64,000 nucleotides of DNA. Source: Candidatus Rifleibacteriota bacterium. Lineage in GTDB: Bacteria; Muiribacteriota; Ozemobacteria; Ozemobacterales; Ozemobacteraceae. Under the pieces are notes generated by a model that saw only the letters and a program-made list of their open reading frames with translations, was not told the DNA's origin and ran no database searches. Each line of letters begins with the position of its first letter. Position 1 is the stretch's first letter. The stretch lies in assembly GCA_018818125.1 (NCBI GenBank), contig JAHISQ010000034.1, positions 30,592-94,591 of the forward strand. Direction: 5' to 3'. Shown here piece by piece: positions 28,145 to 37,637 of the stretch. The translations under genes and the position numbers were made by a program.

Positions 28145-28300
28145 AAACAAAATATAACACAGACAAACAACAATCACTCAACACAAACAAACCTCAATAT
28201 TGAGCAAAAAAATGTCTTGCGACTGCAAGGCGAAGCCTAAGCAGGAAGACATCTCTTTGTATTAAACGGCCCTGAAAATCGTGTCGATTTTAACACAGCT

Positions 28301-28978
28301 CTAATAATCGGTATCGCGGGCTTTTAAGGCGTTGTATACATCAAAAGCATCTCTGAGCAACCCTGATATTTCTTCGGGCTGAAGAATGACGCCCTTGTGA
28401 ACAATCACAGAATCGCCCTGCCCTTCGATCTGGGCATTGCTGCCGGCAAACTTGGCGAACGAATCGCGAACACGACTGTTAAACAAATTGCGAGTGTCTG
28501 CCTCAGATTTCCCTTGGAGAACAAATGCTGACGAAAATTTTTCGTCTTCATTGAAGTTGATATCCTGGCCGCCAAAGATCTTTCCGAGATAATCAAAAAA
28601 CTTGTTTTCGCGCCGCACAAAAAAGTTCGGCAGATTAAAGGCGGGATTTCTGATAATACAGATCGTCTGAGCGTAGTGAGTAGCGTTCTTACCGCTGCCG
28701 GTCGTAAAGTGATAGTCAGTTATATTGACCTGCACGTCATTTTTCTCGCCATGCAGAAAATTAATGGCTCGATGTGAATGGCCCCGCGAAAACAGATTGA
28801 GGTGAGAATACTCATCTTTAAGATTCTCCACTTTATCGATGTAGGTGAATCCCATGCGCGGCGCTATCGCACGAATCGCTTCAGCGCGTTTTTTAGCGGC
28901 ATAGTGTGAATAGGCAAATATTGCAATAAAAAACAGGATAAAGCCGCCAATCATCACAAATGGTATAAATTCTTCCAT
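28301..28978 (-). CDS. N-terminally anchored hypothetical protein (225 aa)
   Basis: One N-terminal TM helix (IPFVMIGGFILFFIAIFAY) followed by a soluble domain. No motif recognised. Confidence 0.5.
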   Translation of the reverse strand: MEEFIPFVMIGGFILFFIAIFAYSHYAAKKRAEAIRAIAPRMGFTYIDKVENLKDEYSHLNLFSRGHSHRAINFLHGEKNDVQVNITDYHFTTGSGKNATHYAQTICIIRNPAFNLPNFFVRRENKFFDYLGKIFGGQDINFNEDEKFSSAFVLQGKSEADTRNLFNSRVRDSFAKFAGSNAQIEGQGDSVIVHKGVILQPEEISGLLRDAFDVYNALKARDTDY

Positions 28979-29087
28979 GCTTCACTCTCCGTGTTGTTAA
29001 TCTGGTATGTCCAACAATCCTGCCAACATTATACATTCACCTGTCCGGACACTGCAAATATTACCTCGCCGCATTATTCTTTCTAAA

Positions 29088-29126
29088 ATAAAAACCGCCC
29101 CGTTGCCAGGGCGGTTTTTGCTTTTT
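29088..29126. terminator. Bidirectional rho-independent terminator
   Basis: AAACCGCCC-CGTTGCCAG-GGCGGTTT hairpin with A/T runs on both sides. Lies downstream of the lipoprotein gene that ends at 29136. Confidence 0.6.
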
Positions 29127-29135
29127 AAAGAACCG

Positions 29136-30383
29136 TTAGCGGTTGTTTACGGCCTGAGTATCTCCATGGGTAGCGAAGGAACCCATATTGATATAGGCGG
29201 TAGCGACGCTGTTAACGACTTCATACATATAGCCTGATTTTTCGCCAGTCGAGGTTGTTACTTTGATTGAGAATTTTCTGCCTGCAGGTATATTGAAGCT
29301 GGCAACGCCGCTGCTGTTAGTCTGCTTCACTTCACGCCAGCTGAAATTGTCAACTGAATCATAAGCCTGTGTTCCCCACTGGCCGTCAACTGCATTCAGG
29401 GCAGTTGCTGTCACAACTACTCTGGCACCTGCAACGCGTTTGGTAAGATCGGTTCTGTCTGTATCTACAGCCATACCCTCTGCCACTTCCCATTCGTTAA
29501 GGGTTGAAACATAGCTTGCAACAGTCACGTCCATTCTGCTTACATTATTTATTGGGGCATCAAGGTTATACCAGGAAAAATGGGTAACTGGGTAAGCAAC
29601 ATAATTGGTTCCGACCTTGGTAGCAGTTCCTTCCTGCACCCATTTGCCAGTAGCCACATTGAAAGACCACAAGGGAATTGTTGCCGGTGCTACTGCAGAT
29701 ACTGCCGGATCTATAGGCATGGTGAGAGTTGCTGGCTTGCCTGCTGCGAGCTGATTTCCGGCACCAAGATCAACATTTACAAATCCAAAAGTTTCGAATG
29801 GTACTTCAGTGGTTCCATCAGTTGGAGTTCCGGCAAAGACGCCGGGAAATGCATCCATAACCGCAGCTGTTTTGGGGGGCGCGTTATAGATAACCGAAAC
29901 AACTGGAGCTGCTACCGGGTTCCCGGCTGCGTCAACAACACTGTTTTGGTCTAACTCGATTTTTACAGTGCTCGGAAAGGTAAGCGCTTCACTGGCAACA
30001 GCTAGATTTGTCGCTGTTTTTGCCTCTGCTCCTGTTTTGTCAACAAGGTAAATTACAGAGGCAGTAATATTGCCCGCGGTAACAGGCTCAACAGCATAAC
30101 CATCCAGGTGACCTGAATGCTCAACAGTCAACATAATTTTTCCACTACCAACAGCAACATTTGAAAGAGTAAAAGTGCCACCAGTTGCAGAAGTTGCTGT
30201 GTTAGTACCGTCAGTAACAGTAGCGCCAACAATAGCGGTATTGGTTACTGATTCTAATACTGTGCCAGTGATAGTGGCGGTTGATGCCGTAACAACAGTG
30301 TCATCAGAGCTGCTGCCGAAACAACCGATAAGGGTTGCTGTAGCGAGTAAACAAACAAAGAGTGCAAAAAGTCTGGATTTCAT
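29136..30383 (-). CDS. Lipoprotein with an N-terminal carboxypeptidase-regulatory-like (Ig-like beta-sandwich) domain. The ORF extends to 30434.
   Basis: MKSRLFALFVCLLATATLIGC has the lipobox LIGC. TITGTVLESVTNTAIVGATVTDGTNTATSATGGTFTLSNVAVGSGKIMLTVEHSGHLDGY resembles CarboxypepD_reg repeats. Confidence 0.55.
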   Translation of the reverse strand: MKSRLFALFVCLLATATLIGCFGSSSDDTVVTASTATITGTVLESVTNTAIVGATVTDGTNTATSATGGTFTLSNVAVGSGKIMLTVEHSGHLDGYAVEPVTAGNITASVIYLVDKTGAEAKTATNLAVASEALTFPSTVKIELDQNSVVDAAGNPVAAPVVSVIYNAPPKTAAVMDAFPGVFAGTPTDGTTEVPFETFGFVNVDLGAGNQLAAGKPATLTMPIDPAVSAVAPATIPLWSFNVATGKWVQEGTATKVGTNYVAYPVTHFSWYNLDAPINNVSRMDVTVASYVSTLNEWEVAEGMAVDTDRTDLTKRVAGARVVVTATALNAVDGQWGTQAYDSVDNFSWREVKQTNSSGVASFNIPAGRKFSIKVTTSTGEKSGYMYEVVNSVATAYINMGSFATHGDTQAVNNR

Positions 30384-31018
30384 TCTAGAATCCTCCCCAT
30401 AATTTTTTGTTCCTGCCGAGTTCGCGAACAACATGCTGTAAACGACAATAAGAACCCGGTCATTTTAACTAAGCCGGTTTTGAATGTCAACCTTCTCAAA
30501 TTCACTCCAGAATTCTCCATTTGAGGACCCATAAGGAGCTTATACGATATTTAGTTCAAGCTATTGTTTATACCAATTTAAAAAGAATTCACGTAATGAC
30601 AGCCGCAGAAGAAAGTCAGAGGCAAGGAGATTTCGCACAGAGAAGAATAAAGACGCAGAAAATGTGAGATCTCTCCCTTTGGTCGAGATGACATTTTTCA
30701 TTGTCATTCCGAGAAGCGTAGCGACGAGGAATCTGTGTTTGTTAGTGAGACATCTCCCTGCGATCAATATATAATGACAAAATCCCTTCGATTTTGGGCA
30801 TGATGGCTTTATGCAGTTGCGCTGCAGGCGGGACAGGAGCGCAACCTGCCAAGATGACGTCCTTCGTGGCTTTGCGGCTTAGTGCTAGTATGTTTCTTTC
30901 TCATGAAGATTGGCATAAGTCCTCGTTTATTTTTTGGGATGCTAATTTCTGTTGCAAAATTGTACCGTATTGATTATTCTTTTGAATTAATAAACATCTT
31001 GAACAGGTAGAGAAGCAT

Positions 31019-33187
31019 ATGACGGTAGAGGTAATTCAGCTTGAGCGTGGGGGGACCCTTATAAAGACGCCCTCCGGCTCACTGCAGGTCGGTGCCCCCC
31101 CTGAAACAATCAAGGACACCATGAAAATTCTTGGTAATGTGCCTGACACGTTTGTCATTCCAAACCGCATGTTCTCTGCCGAACGTGGCGTATCTCTTTC
31201 TGACATCGAATTTCCAGCCTATTACAACTTTTTTATCAACCGCCGCTCGATCAGGGTAATCGGCATGAATCACCAGATCGACACTATTCTGCGAGTTCTG
31301 CGCGAAGCCGTTCTTGGGCCAGATAACATTCAGCTGGTGCGCGAATATCCCTATGGCATCAATCGCGATCTGATTCCAAATCTGCGCGCCGAGATGGAAT
31401 ACCTTCGCCCGTTCAGCCTGTCAGGAAAACGCAAAGCCGAGCTAAGCGACATGGCGATAGGTGTGCCATGGGGCCCGGACAACCGTGTGCCTTTTGGCGA
31501 CATGGCGCTGGAGCGCAACAAAGACAGCCTGCGTGTAGTTGATGGTACCAAGGTGCTTGCCGAAGTTTCTCTCGATATCAGTTTTGGCGGCATTCCGTAT
31601 AACGACAAAGCTGGCGGACCTTTTGAACCACCACTTTTTGGTATAACAGTAATTGGCTCAGGCTCAGGGTTTGACCCCAGAGAAATGACCAGCGGTTTTA
31701 TAATCTGGATCAACCGGCGCGGCATTCTCGTTGATCCGCCAGTAGACTCTACCTACTGGCTCAAGTCGATGGACATCAATCCCCGACTGATCGATGACTG
31801 CATCCTCACTCACTGTCACGCTGACCACGATTCTGGCATACTGCAAAAGCTGCTCGAAGAAAAGAAGATTAATCTTTACACAACTGAAACCATCATGGAA
31901 AGCTTTGTGAGAAAATATCAGACACTGACGGGTCTGAATTACAAAGGTTTTATGAGTCTGTTTCATTTTCATCCCGTTACTCTGCAGGTTCCAATTCGAA
32001 TCAATGGCGGCGAATTCAGATTTTTCTACACTCTGCACTCGATACCAACCATCGGCTTCGAAATCTATTATCAGGGCAAGAGCTTTGTCTATTCTTCAGA
32101 TTCCCTCTACTGCCCGGACACATTTAAAAAACTGTTTGAACGCGGCGATGTTAACCGCTATCGCATGATCGAGCTGACCAACTTTCCGTGGCATCATTCA
32201 GTAATTTTTCACGAAGCAGGTATCCCGCCGCTGCACACACCGATGGCGACGCTTAATGAGCTCCCGGAACAGGTTAAAAAAAGAATCTATCTGATTCACG
32301 TTGCAGAAAAGTCAATTCCAGAAGGTTCCGGACTACGCAAGGCTCCAAACGGCCGCGAAGAATCAATTCTCATCGACGTTACTCCGCCTGAAAGTAACGA
32401 GGCGCTCGAATACCTGAATGTGCTCAATCATATTGATCTGTTTTCCGGGCTACCGATCGAAAAAGCCCGCGAGTTTCTTACCCTCGTCAAGGTCGAAAAC
32501 TTTAAAACTGGCGATTATGTAATCAAAAAAAACACGATCGGCGACCGTTTCTTTATGATCGTCAGCGGACGGGCACGGGTTGAGCGCGAGAATGCTATTA
32601 TCAAGTGCTACACCAACAACGATTATATCGGCGAAACTTCAATGATTCTCAATATGCCTCGCAATGCGGATGTAATCGCCGAAACCGACATGAAGATCCT
32701 GGTCATGGATAAGTATGATTTTCTGTATTTTATCCGCGGCTCCGAAATAGCCCGTCAGATGAAAATTATTGCTCAGAACCGCGAACATGATACCTGGAGC
32801 CTGTTTAACGATGCGCCGTTGTTCAAAACGCTGTCGCCCGCTCAACGCACTCAAGTGCAAGGTTTGATGGCGCGAGTTCGCTATAAAAAGGGCGACGTGA
32901 TAGCAGCCCAGGGAACCACCCGTGAAACGTTCTATCTTATTGATAGCGGCGTATTATCAATAGAGCGTATGCGCAAGCAGATGCTCAAGGCCGGGCGCGG
33001 TAGTTTTCTGGCCAAGATCTATGCTAATCCTCGGCGCGGAGTGCATCGTTTCTCGATAGTAGCCGAAGAGGATTCAATTGTTTACTCAATCGACGCCATG
33101 GAATTCTATCGGTTCCTCGAAAAAAATCCTGGAGTTTTCTTGTATTTGAGGGAAGCACGTATTCGTGATACTATTCAGAATGCCTGA
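31019..33187 (+). CDS. Multidomain protein: N-terminal domain of unknown function (about 200 aa), class II cyclic-nucleotide phosphodiesterase / metallo-beta-lactamase-fold domain (HxHxDH), and two C-terminal CAP-family cNMP-binding domains
   Basis: ILTHCHADHDSG is an H-x-H-x-D-H-x-x-G match. cNMP-binding motif IGETSMILNMPRNADVIAETD (GE..L....PR.A.V.A pattern). A second, weaker copy lies at YLIDSGVLSIERM...NPRRGVHRFSIVAEE. Confidence 0.65.
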   Translation: MTVEVIQLERGGTLIKTPSGSLQVGAPPETIKDTMKILGNVPDTFVIPNRMFSAERGVSLSDIEFPAYYNFFINRRSIRVIGMNHQIDTILRVLREAVLGPDNIQLVREYPYGINRDLIPNLRAEMEYLRPFSLSGKRKAELSDMAIGVPWGPDNRVPFGDMALERNKDSLRVVDGTKVLAEVSLDISFGGIPYNDKAGGPFEPPLFGITVIGSGSGFDPREMTSGFIIWINRRGILVDPPVDSTYWLKSMDINPRLIDDCILTHCHADHDSGILQKLLEEKKINLYTTETIMESFVRKYQTLTGLNYKGFMSLFHFHPVTLQVPIRINGGEFRFFYTLHSIPTIGFEIYYQGKSFVYSSDSLYCPDTFKKLFERGDVNRYRMIELTNFPWHHSVIFHEAGIPPLHTPMATLNELPEQVKKRIYLIHVAEKSIPEGSGLRKAPNGREESILIDVTPPESNEALEYLNVLNHIDLFSGLPIEKAREFLTLVKVENFKTGDYVIKKNTIGDRFFMIVSGRARVERENAIIKCYTNNDYIGETSMILNMPRNADVIAETDMKILVMDKYDFLYFIRGSEIARQMKIIAQNREHDTWSLFNDAPLFKTLSPAQRTQVQGLMARVRYKKGDVIAAQGTTRETFYLIDSGVLSIERMRKQMLKAGRGSFLAKIYANPRRGVHRFSIVAEEDSIVYSIDAMEFYRFLEKNPGVFLYLREARIRDTIQNA

Positions 33188-33235
33188 TTTGCGCTTCAAC
33201 GCAACTGGGCGGAATAATCTGATAAGGAACATCTG

Positions 33236-34180
33236 ATGATCGACAAATTTCAGGCCAGCCTGCTCGGCTACGCAATAGGCGACGCTTTAGCCGCACCAAT
33301 AGAAGATGTTTTCCGCTCTCCAGAAGAAGGCGAGGAGCCTATAACTTTTTATATCAAGGCGTTTCCTTCGCACCCGGTCAGTCATCTTCGCCCTGGTCAG
33401 TATTCAGACGAAACCCAGATCATGTTGCTGTTTGCCAAAAGCCTGGTTGAAAAGGGCAATTTCGCTCTCGAAGACCTTATTACCAAACTGGTCGACTGGT
33501 TTCACCTGCAGAAAAAGCGCTCAGAATGGCGCTTCCCTGGAAATACGCTGATCAAATCCTGCCGAAAATTGGCTGCTGGCACGCCATGGAACCAGTCCGG
33601 ACATCTTTCTGCCGGAGTTAACGGAGTTTGCCGCACGGTTCCTTACGCGCTGGCCTTTTTCCGATCACAGGCACTGCTCAAGAACGCCATCGATAAATCA
33701 TGCCAACTGACCCACACAGACCAGAAAGTTGTTGGAACTTCGCTGGCGCTGGCTTCAGTTATCTCGCTCGGACTCGAAGGCGCTGAATTTTCGCCGGACT
33801 ACATTATGAATCGGGCAATTGAAAAGTCACAGCCCTTTGCCGCTGAAATGGTAAAGAAAATGAAAGCGGTAAAAGAATCTCTAAAACTTGAGCCGCGGAT
33901 CGCCATCGAAAACATTGGCAACAGCGGTTATTGTCTCGACTCTTTCGCGGCCTCGCTATACTGGTTTTTAAAGTCAGAAGGTCGTTTTGACGAAATGATC
34001 ATTGGCGCTGCCAATGCTGGTGGTGATGCCGATGCGATTGCTGCCATGGCCGGTGCAATGTTTGGTGCCTGGTTCGGACTGGGCGCTATCCCTGAGAAGT
34101 GGTTTGCGCCGCTCGAAGATTTTCAGGTTATCAGACAACTGGGCTGTGATATTTATCGCATGGCGGTACCACAGAACTGA
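33236..34180 (+). CDS. ADP-ribosylglycohydrolase family protein (DraG/ARH-like)
   Basis: N-terminal LLGYAIGDALAAPIE and C-terminal GAANAGGDADAIAAMAGAMFGAWFG are the two signature metal-binding motifs of the family. Confidence 0.75.
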   Translation: MIDKFQASLLGYAIGDALAAPIEDVFRSPEEGEEPITFYIKAFPSHPVSHLRPGQYSDETQIMLLFAKSLVEKGNFALEDLITKLVDWFHLQKKRSEWRFPGNTLIKSCRKLAAGTPWNQSGHLSAGVNGVCRTVPYALAFFRSQALLKNAIDKSCQLTHTDQKVVGTSLALASVISLGLEGAEFSPDYIMNRAIEKSQPFAAEMVKKMKAVKESLKLEPRIAIENIGNSGYCLDSFAASLYWFLKSEGRFDEMIIGAANAGGDADAIAAMAGAMFGAWFGLGAIPEKWFAPLEDFQVIRQLGCDIYRMAVPQN

Positions 34181-34208
34181 TTGCAGCGCACACGGGGGGA
34201 GGCTGTAA

Positions 34209-35135
34209 ATGAGTGAAACAACCACACTAACCCACCAGGACAGTGACGGTCGGGTAAAAATGGTCGATGTCGGCCAGAAACAGTCAACTGCACGCATGGC
34301 ACTCGCTTTTGCTTCAATGTTTGCCGGCGAAAAGGTGCTTGAGCTTTTGCAGGCAGGCGGTCTGGCCAAGGGCGATGCCTGGGCGGCTTCACGTGTAGCC
34401 GCGATTATGGCAGCCAAAAAAACTTCTGAGCTTATTCCACTGACACACCCAATCAGACTTGATTCTGTGCGTGTCGATCTGTTTGCCATAGGCAAGGATC
34501 GCATCGGCTGCTTTGCAACCGCCAGCGCCTTCGACCGCACTGGTGTCGAAATGGAAGCAATGGTCGCTGCGTCAACCGCCATGCTCAATATGTATGACAT
34601 GGTTAAAGGTGCCAACAAAGGTGCCTGCATCGAGCAGACACGTCTTGTATATAAAAGTGGAGGAAAAAGCGGCGACTGGCTAAGTCCTTCTGCGCAGATT
34701 GGTCAGATCGAAAAACTGGCAACCAGTAAAGGAAAAGGCACGCCAAAAGATCCATGTGACGAAGCAATGCTCAAAGTTCGCTTTGGCATAGAAAATGATG
34801 CGCATGGCGGTGACTGGCATCGGCAAGTTTCCCTGCTCGGTGTCGAAAGTATCGAAAAAATGCGGAGCAAAGGACTTGAGGTTGATTTTGGCTCATTTGC
34901 CGAGAACATTGCAACTTCTGGCATCTGCCTTTATGAACTGCCCGTTGGCACGCTTATGTGGTGCGAGGCTGGGCCGGTTATGCAGGTAACGCAGATTGGC
35001 AAAGAATGCCATACCAAATGCGCGGTTTATTATCGTGCGGGTGACTGTGTCATGCCGCGTGAAGGGATTTTTACCATTGTTCTGGCCGGTGGCCAAATCA
35101 AATCTGGCGAGAGGTTTATCACTCTGCAGATGTAA
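34209..35135 (+). CDS. moaC: Cyclic pyranopterin monophosphate synthase MoaC fused to a C-terminal MOSC-like domain
   Basis: Residues 1-160 are collinear with MoaC (KMVDVGQK, LIPLTHP, TGVEMEAM, KSGGKSGDW). Residues 170-308 carry MOSC-like motifs (DAHGG, HRQVSLL, AENIATSGI, conserved Cys near IGKEC). Confidence 0.85.
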   Translation: MSETTTLTHQDSDGRVKMVDVGQKQSTARMALAFASMFAGEKVLELLQAGGLAKGDAWAASRVAAIMAAKKTSELIPLTHPIRLDSVRVDLFAIGKDRIGCFATASAFDRTGVEMEAMVAASTAMLNMYDMVKGANKGACIEQTRLVYKSGGKSGDWLSPSAQIGQIEKLATSKGKGTPKDPCDEAMLKVRFGIENDAHGGDWHRQVSLLGVESIEKMRSKGLEVDFGSFAENIATSGICLYELPVGTLMWCEAGPVMQVTQIGKECHTKCAVYYRAGDCVMPREGIFTIVLAGGQIKSGERFITLQM

Positions 35136-35245
35136 TCGGCATTAAAATCAGTGATTCGCTCACACGCAATCAGAGAACTGTATTAAATATTCTGTCGATA
35201 CCCGGCGTCTGTAAACGCTGCAACGGTCTTTTCTGAAGGAACTAC

Positions 35246-35719
35246 ATGTCTGAGACACCAAAAAAATGGATACTGGCAATAGACCCCGGCTCTGACAAGA
35301 TAGGCTATGCTGTGGTTAACTACGATTTGAGTCACGGAGAAATGGGAGTTGTCTACCTTTCCGAGGTTCATAAAATGTTCAAGCGCATGTGCAATGTGCC
35401 ACCAGAGTCTGCGCCTCAAGCGGTCATACTGGGAAATGGCACGGCAGCGGCAGCAATCTGTCGTCTCTATAATTCGCTCGAAATTGATCTGCCGGTGCGT
35501 TTTGCCGAAGAAAAAAATACGACCTATAAGGCGCGGGCCCGCTATTTCAACGACAACCCACCAACTGGTTTCTGGCGACTGGTTCCGATCGGGCTGCAGA
35601 TGCCACCTCGCCCAGTCGATGATTACGCGGCTCTTTTGATCGGCGAAAAGTATCTGGTTGAGCAAAAGCTTGTCGAGCTTGCAGCAAAAACCGACGACAA
35701 AAGTGAAAAACCCGGGTGA
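35246..35719 (+). CDS. RuvC/YqgF-family nuclease (RNase H fold, RuvX-like putative pre-16S rRNA nuclease or Holliday-junction-resolvase-like)
   Basis: ILAIDPGSDKIGYAV (first catalytic Asp), AEEKNTTYKAR (compare YqgF DERLSTVEAR) and VDDYAALLIGEKYL (compare DSASAVIILESYF). Length of 157 aa fits. Confidence 0.55.
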   Translation: MSETPKKWILAIDPGSDKIGYAVVNYDLSHGEMGVVYLSEVHKMFKRMCNVPPESAPQAVILGNGTAAAAICRLYNSLEIDLPVRFAEEKNTTYKARARYFNDNPPTGFWRLVPIGLQMPPRPVDDYAALLIGEKYLVEQKLVELAAKTDDKSEKPG

Positions 35720-36031
35720 CAACAACATTTCCTGACCAGAACATATCACCAGATACCGCAGGCGCCAGACGGAAACAACTTTGTAACCAGCGCATTCTTC
35801 GTCTGAGATTAAATGACACCTCGGTTTTTGAGTTACTTACAGCAAATTTCTTCAAAATACCGGCAAAGAAGTATATAATCTCAGATGTCGTTACTAAGGA
35901 TACTATTGTAAAACTTGAACCAGAACGCGACCGTTACGGCTGCCTGTGCGCCGTTTCGAGATAACAGAAGTATTTAAAATTGGTTCTGCAGATGTTAACT
36001 ATCAACACAGCAGCACACTGAGGAGTATTTT

Positions 36032-36736
36032 ATGAATAAATTTCGCTCTTTATACCTTGTATTAGCGATGTCTATCGCCCTGGCAGCATCAATGACCGGA
36101 TGCGGCGGGGGCGGGGGTGGGGGCGGTGGTGGCACAACTGACACAGGCACAACCGTGTTAACGATCCCAGCTGCTAATCAGATAACACCACCAGCTCTCT
36201 ATACATCAAAAGCGTTCCCAACCATTGGACCAAACGTTGAGTTAACGGTCAATAATTTTGCCGCTGCCTCAGAAGCGCTGATGGTGTTTTTAAACATGTC
36301 AGACTCCATCCAGCATCTGACATGGGGCGCAGACAAGCTTCCTGCTGCTGCCAGCACACGCAAAAACGTGTTTGCCAGCAACAGCAAGGTCGAGGAAAAA
36401 GGTTCGATCGCACCTGAGCACTCTTTCCATCTGATGCTGCGTCAGCAGTCCCAGCACCAACGCAGGCTGAGGCCGGCGCAGGAAGCACCGCGCGGCAGTA
36501 TGCGAGCAGTAACAGTCGGCGAAGAACTGAACTTTACGCTCTACAAAAACGACACACAAACCGAAATAGTAACCGCTGTCTGCAAACATACAGAATTATT
36601 AGCAGGCACAGACAAAAACTTTCATATTTTTATCGACAAGACCAGCGCGAATCTGGCAAACATCGGACTGGTGGTTGCTGAAATTGCAACAAACTGGCGA
36701 AACATCTACGTCAAAAACCGCGAAGTTTTGGTGTAG
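36032..36736 (+). CDS. Lipoprotein, N-terminal part of a probable frameshifted metallopeptidase gene
   Basis: MNKFRSLYLVLAMSIALAASMTGC has the lipobox MTGC, followed by a Gly10 linker. It ends at TAG 36734-36736. The downstream frame-1 ORF is open upstream of its GTG back through this stop region. Confidence 0.45.
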   Translation: MNKFRSLYLVLAMSIALAASMTGCGGGGGGGGGGTTDTGTTVLTIPAANQITPPALYTSKAFPTIGPNVELTVNNFAAASEALMVFLNMSDSIQHLTWGADKLPAAASTRKNVFASNSKVEEKGSIAPEHSFHLMLRQQSQHQRRLRPAQEAPRGSMRAVTVGEELNFTLYKNDTQTEIVTAVCKHTELLAGTDKNFHIFIDKTSANLANIGLVVAEIATNWRNIYVKNREVLV

Positions 36737-36762
36737 AGCCCACCGGTCTTCTTGATAACGGT

Positions 36763-37614
36763 GTGAATGCAACTGATTTTTATATAGTGATCTCACCGAA
36801 AGTATTTACAGCTGGCTACTTTTACACTGGCGACCTCAATCTCACTTCGGTGACACCGACTTCTAATGAGAAGAAGATCTTTTTCCTGAAGCTCGAATCA
36901 ATTGCATTGGATGTTGATCGCGATCGCGCAATCAATTTGCTCTCTGCAACCATGGCACACGAGTTTCAGCACATGATTCATTTCTGGCAACGTGGCAGCT
37001 CTAGCGACATCTGGTTAGAAGAAGCCATGTCAGGCTATGCTGAGTACATAAATGGCTTCAGAATCGAGAACAGGTTAAATCAATCTAAGGCTCTGCAGGC
37101 CAACTATTATTTTAATCAGGTTAACGATGTCAAACTAGATGCCTGGCATGCCGGCAACGACCTCGATTCTACCGTTAATGCGCATTATGGCAAGGTCTTT
37201 CTGTTCGGCATCTGGCTGGCACAGAATTGTAACAAGAATTCGATGATTCAACTTCTACAAAGCAAAACGTCAGATGTTCAAGCAGTCGAAGAGTTTACCG
37301 GCAAAAATTTTGGTGAACTTTATTCAAAATTTATGCTGGCGCTGATTGTTAATAACCCGTTAGTCGCTAACGACGGCTACGGCATAGACGGGCTAGACTT
37401 GACTGCCAGCTATCCCTTTGATAACAAGCTTAGCTCGGTAAAGCTTACCGGGCCTCTCACTTCGAGTGTGGCTGCCACACTCGAAAGTTCGGCGAGCCCG
37501 ACCATTGCTCCGCGGGCCGCGGTATATGTAAAGGTGATAATTGGAGACGGCAGCGACCTATGGCTTAGCGCAACCCTGCCATCTGGCACAGCACTGTTTC
37601 AGCTGCATAAATAG
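36763..37614 (+). CDS. Zinc metallopeptidase domain (HExxH...E), probably the C-terminal part of the same gene as 36032-36736
   Basis: AHEFQHMIHFWQRG contains HEFQH, with a downstream Glu in WLEEAMSGYAEY. GTG start. The reading frame stays open upstream of 36763, through the region where the first ORF stops. Confidence 0.5.
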   Translation: MNATDFYIVISPKVFTAGYFYTGDLNLTSVTPTSNEKKIFFLKLESIALDVDRDRAINLLSATMAHEFQHMIHFWQRGSSSDIWLEEAMSGYAEYINGFRIENRLNQSKALQANYYFNQVNDVKLDAWHAGNDLDSTVNAHYGKVFLFGIWLAQNCNKNSMIQLLQSKTSDVQAVEEFTGKNFGELYSKFMLALIVNNPLVANDGYGIDGLDLTASYPFDNKLSSVKLTGPLTSSVAATLESSASPTIAPRAAVYVKVIIGDGSDLWLSATLPSGTALFQLHK

Positions 37615-37637
37615 CTCTTTTCTCGGGAAATCAACCA

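Noticed and set aside
30561-30767. A 68-aa minus-strand ORF in the 30435-31018 intergenic region
   Set aside because: It is low complexity and has no ribosome-binding site. It spans the inverted-repeat element and is more likely non-coding.
35183-35749. A minus-strand 188-aa ORF overlapping the RuvX-like gene
   Set aside because: It fully overlaps a + strand ORF that carries conserved catalytic motifs. It has no motif or ribosome-binding site of its own.
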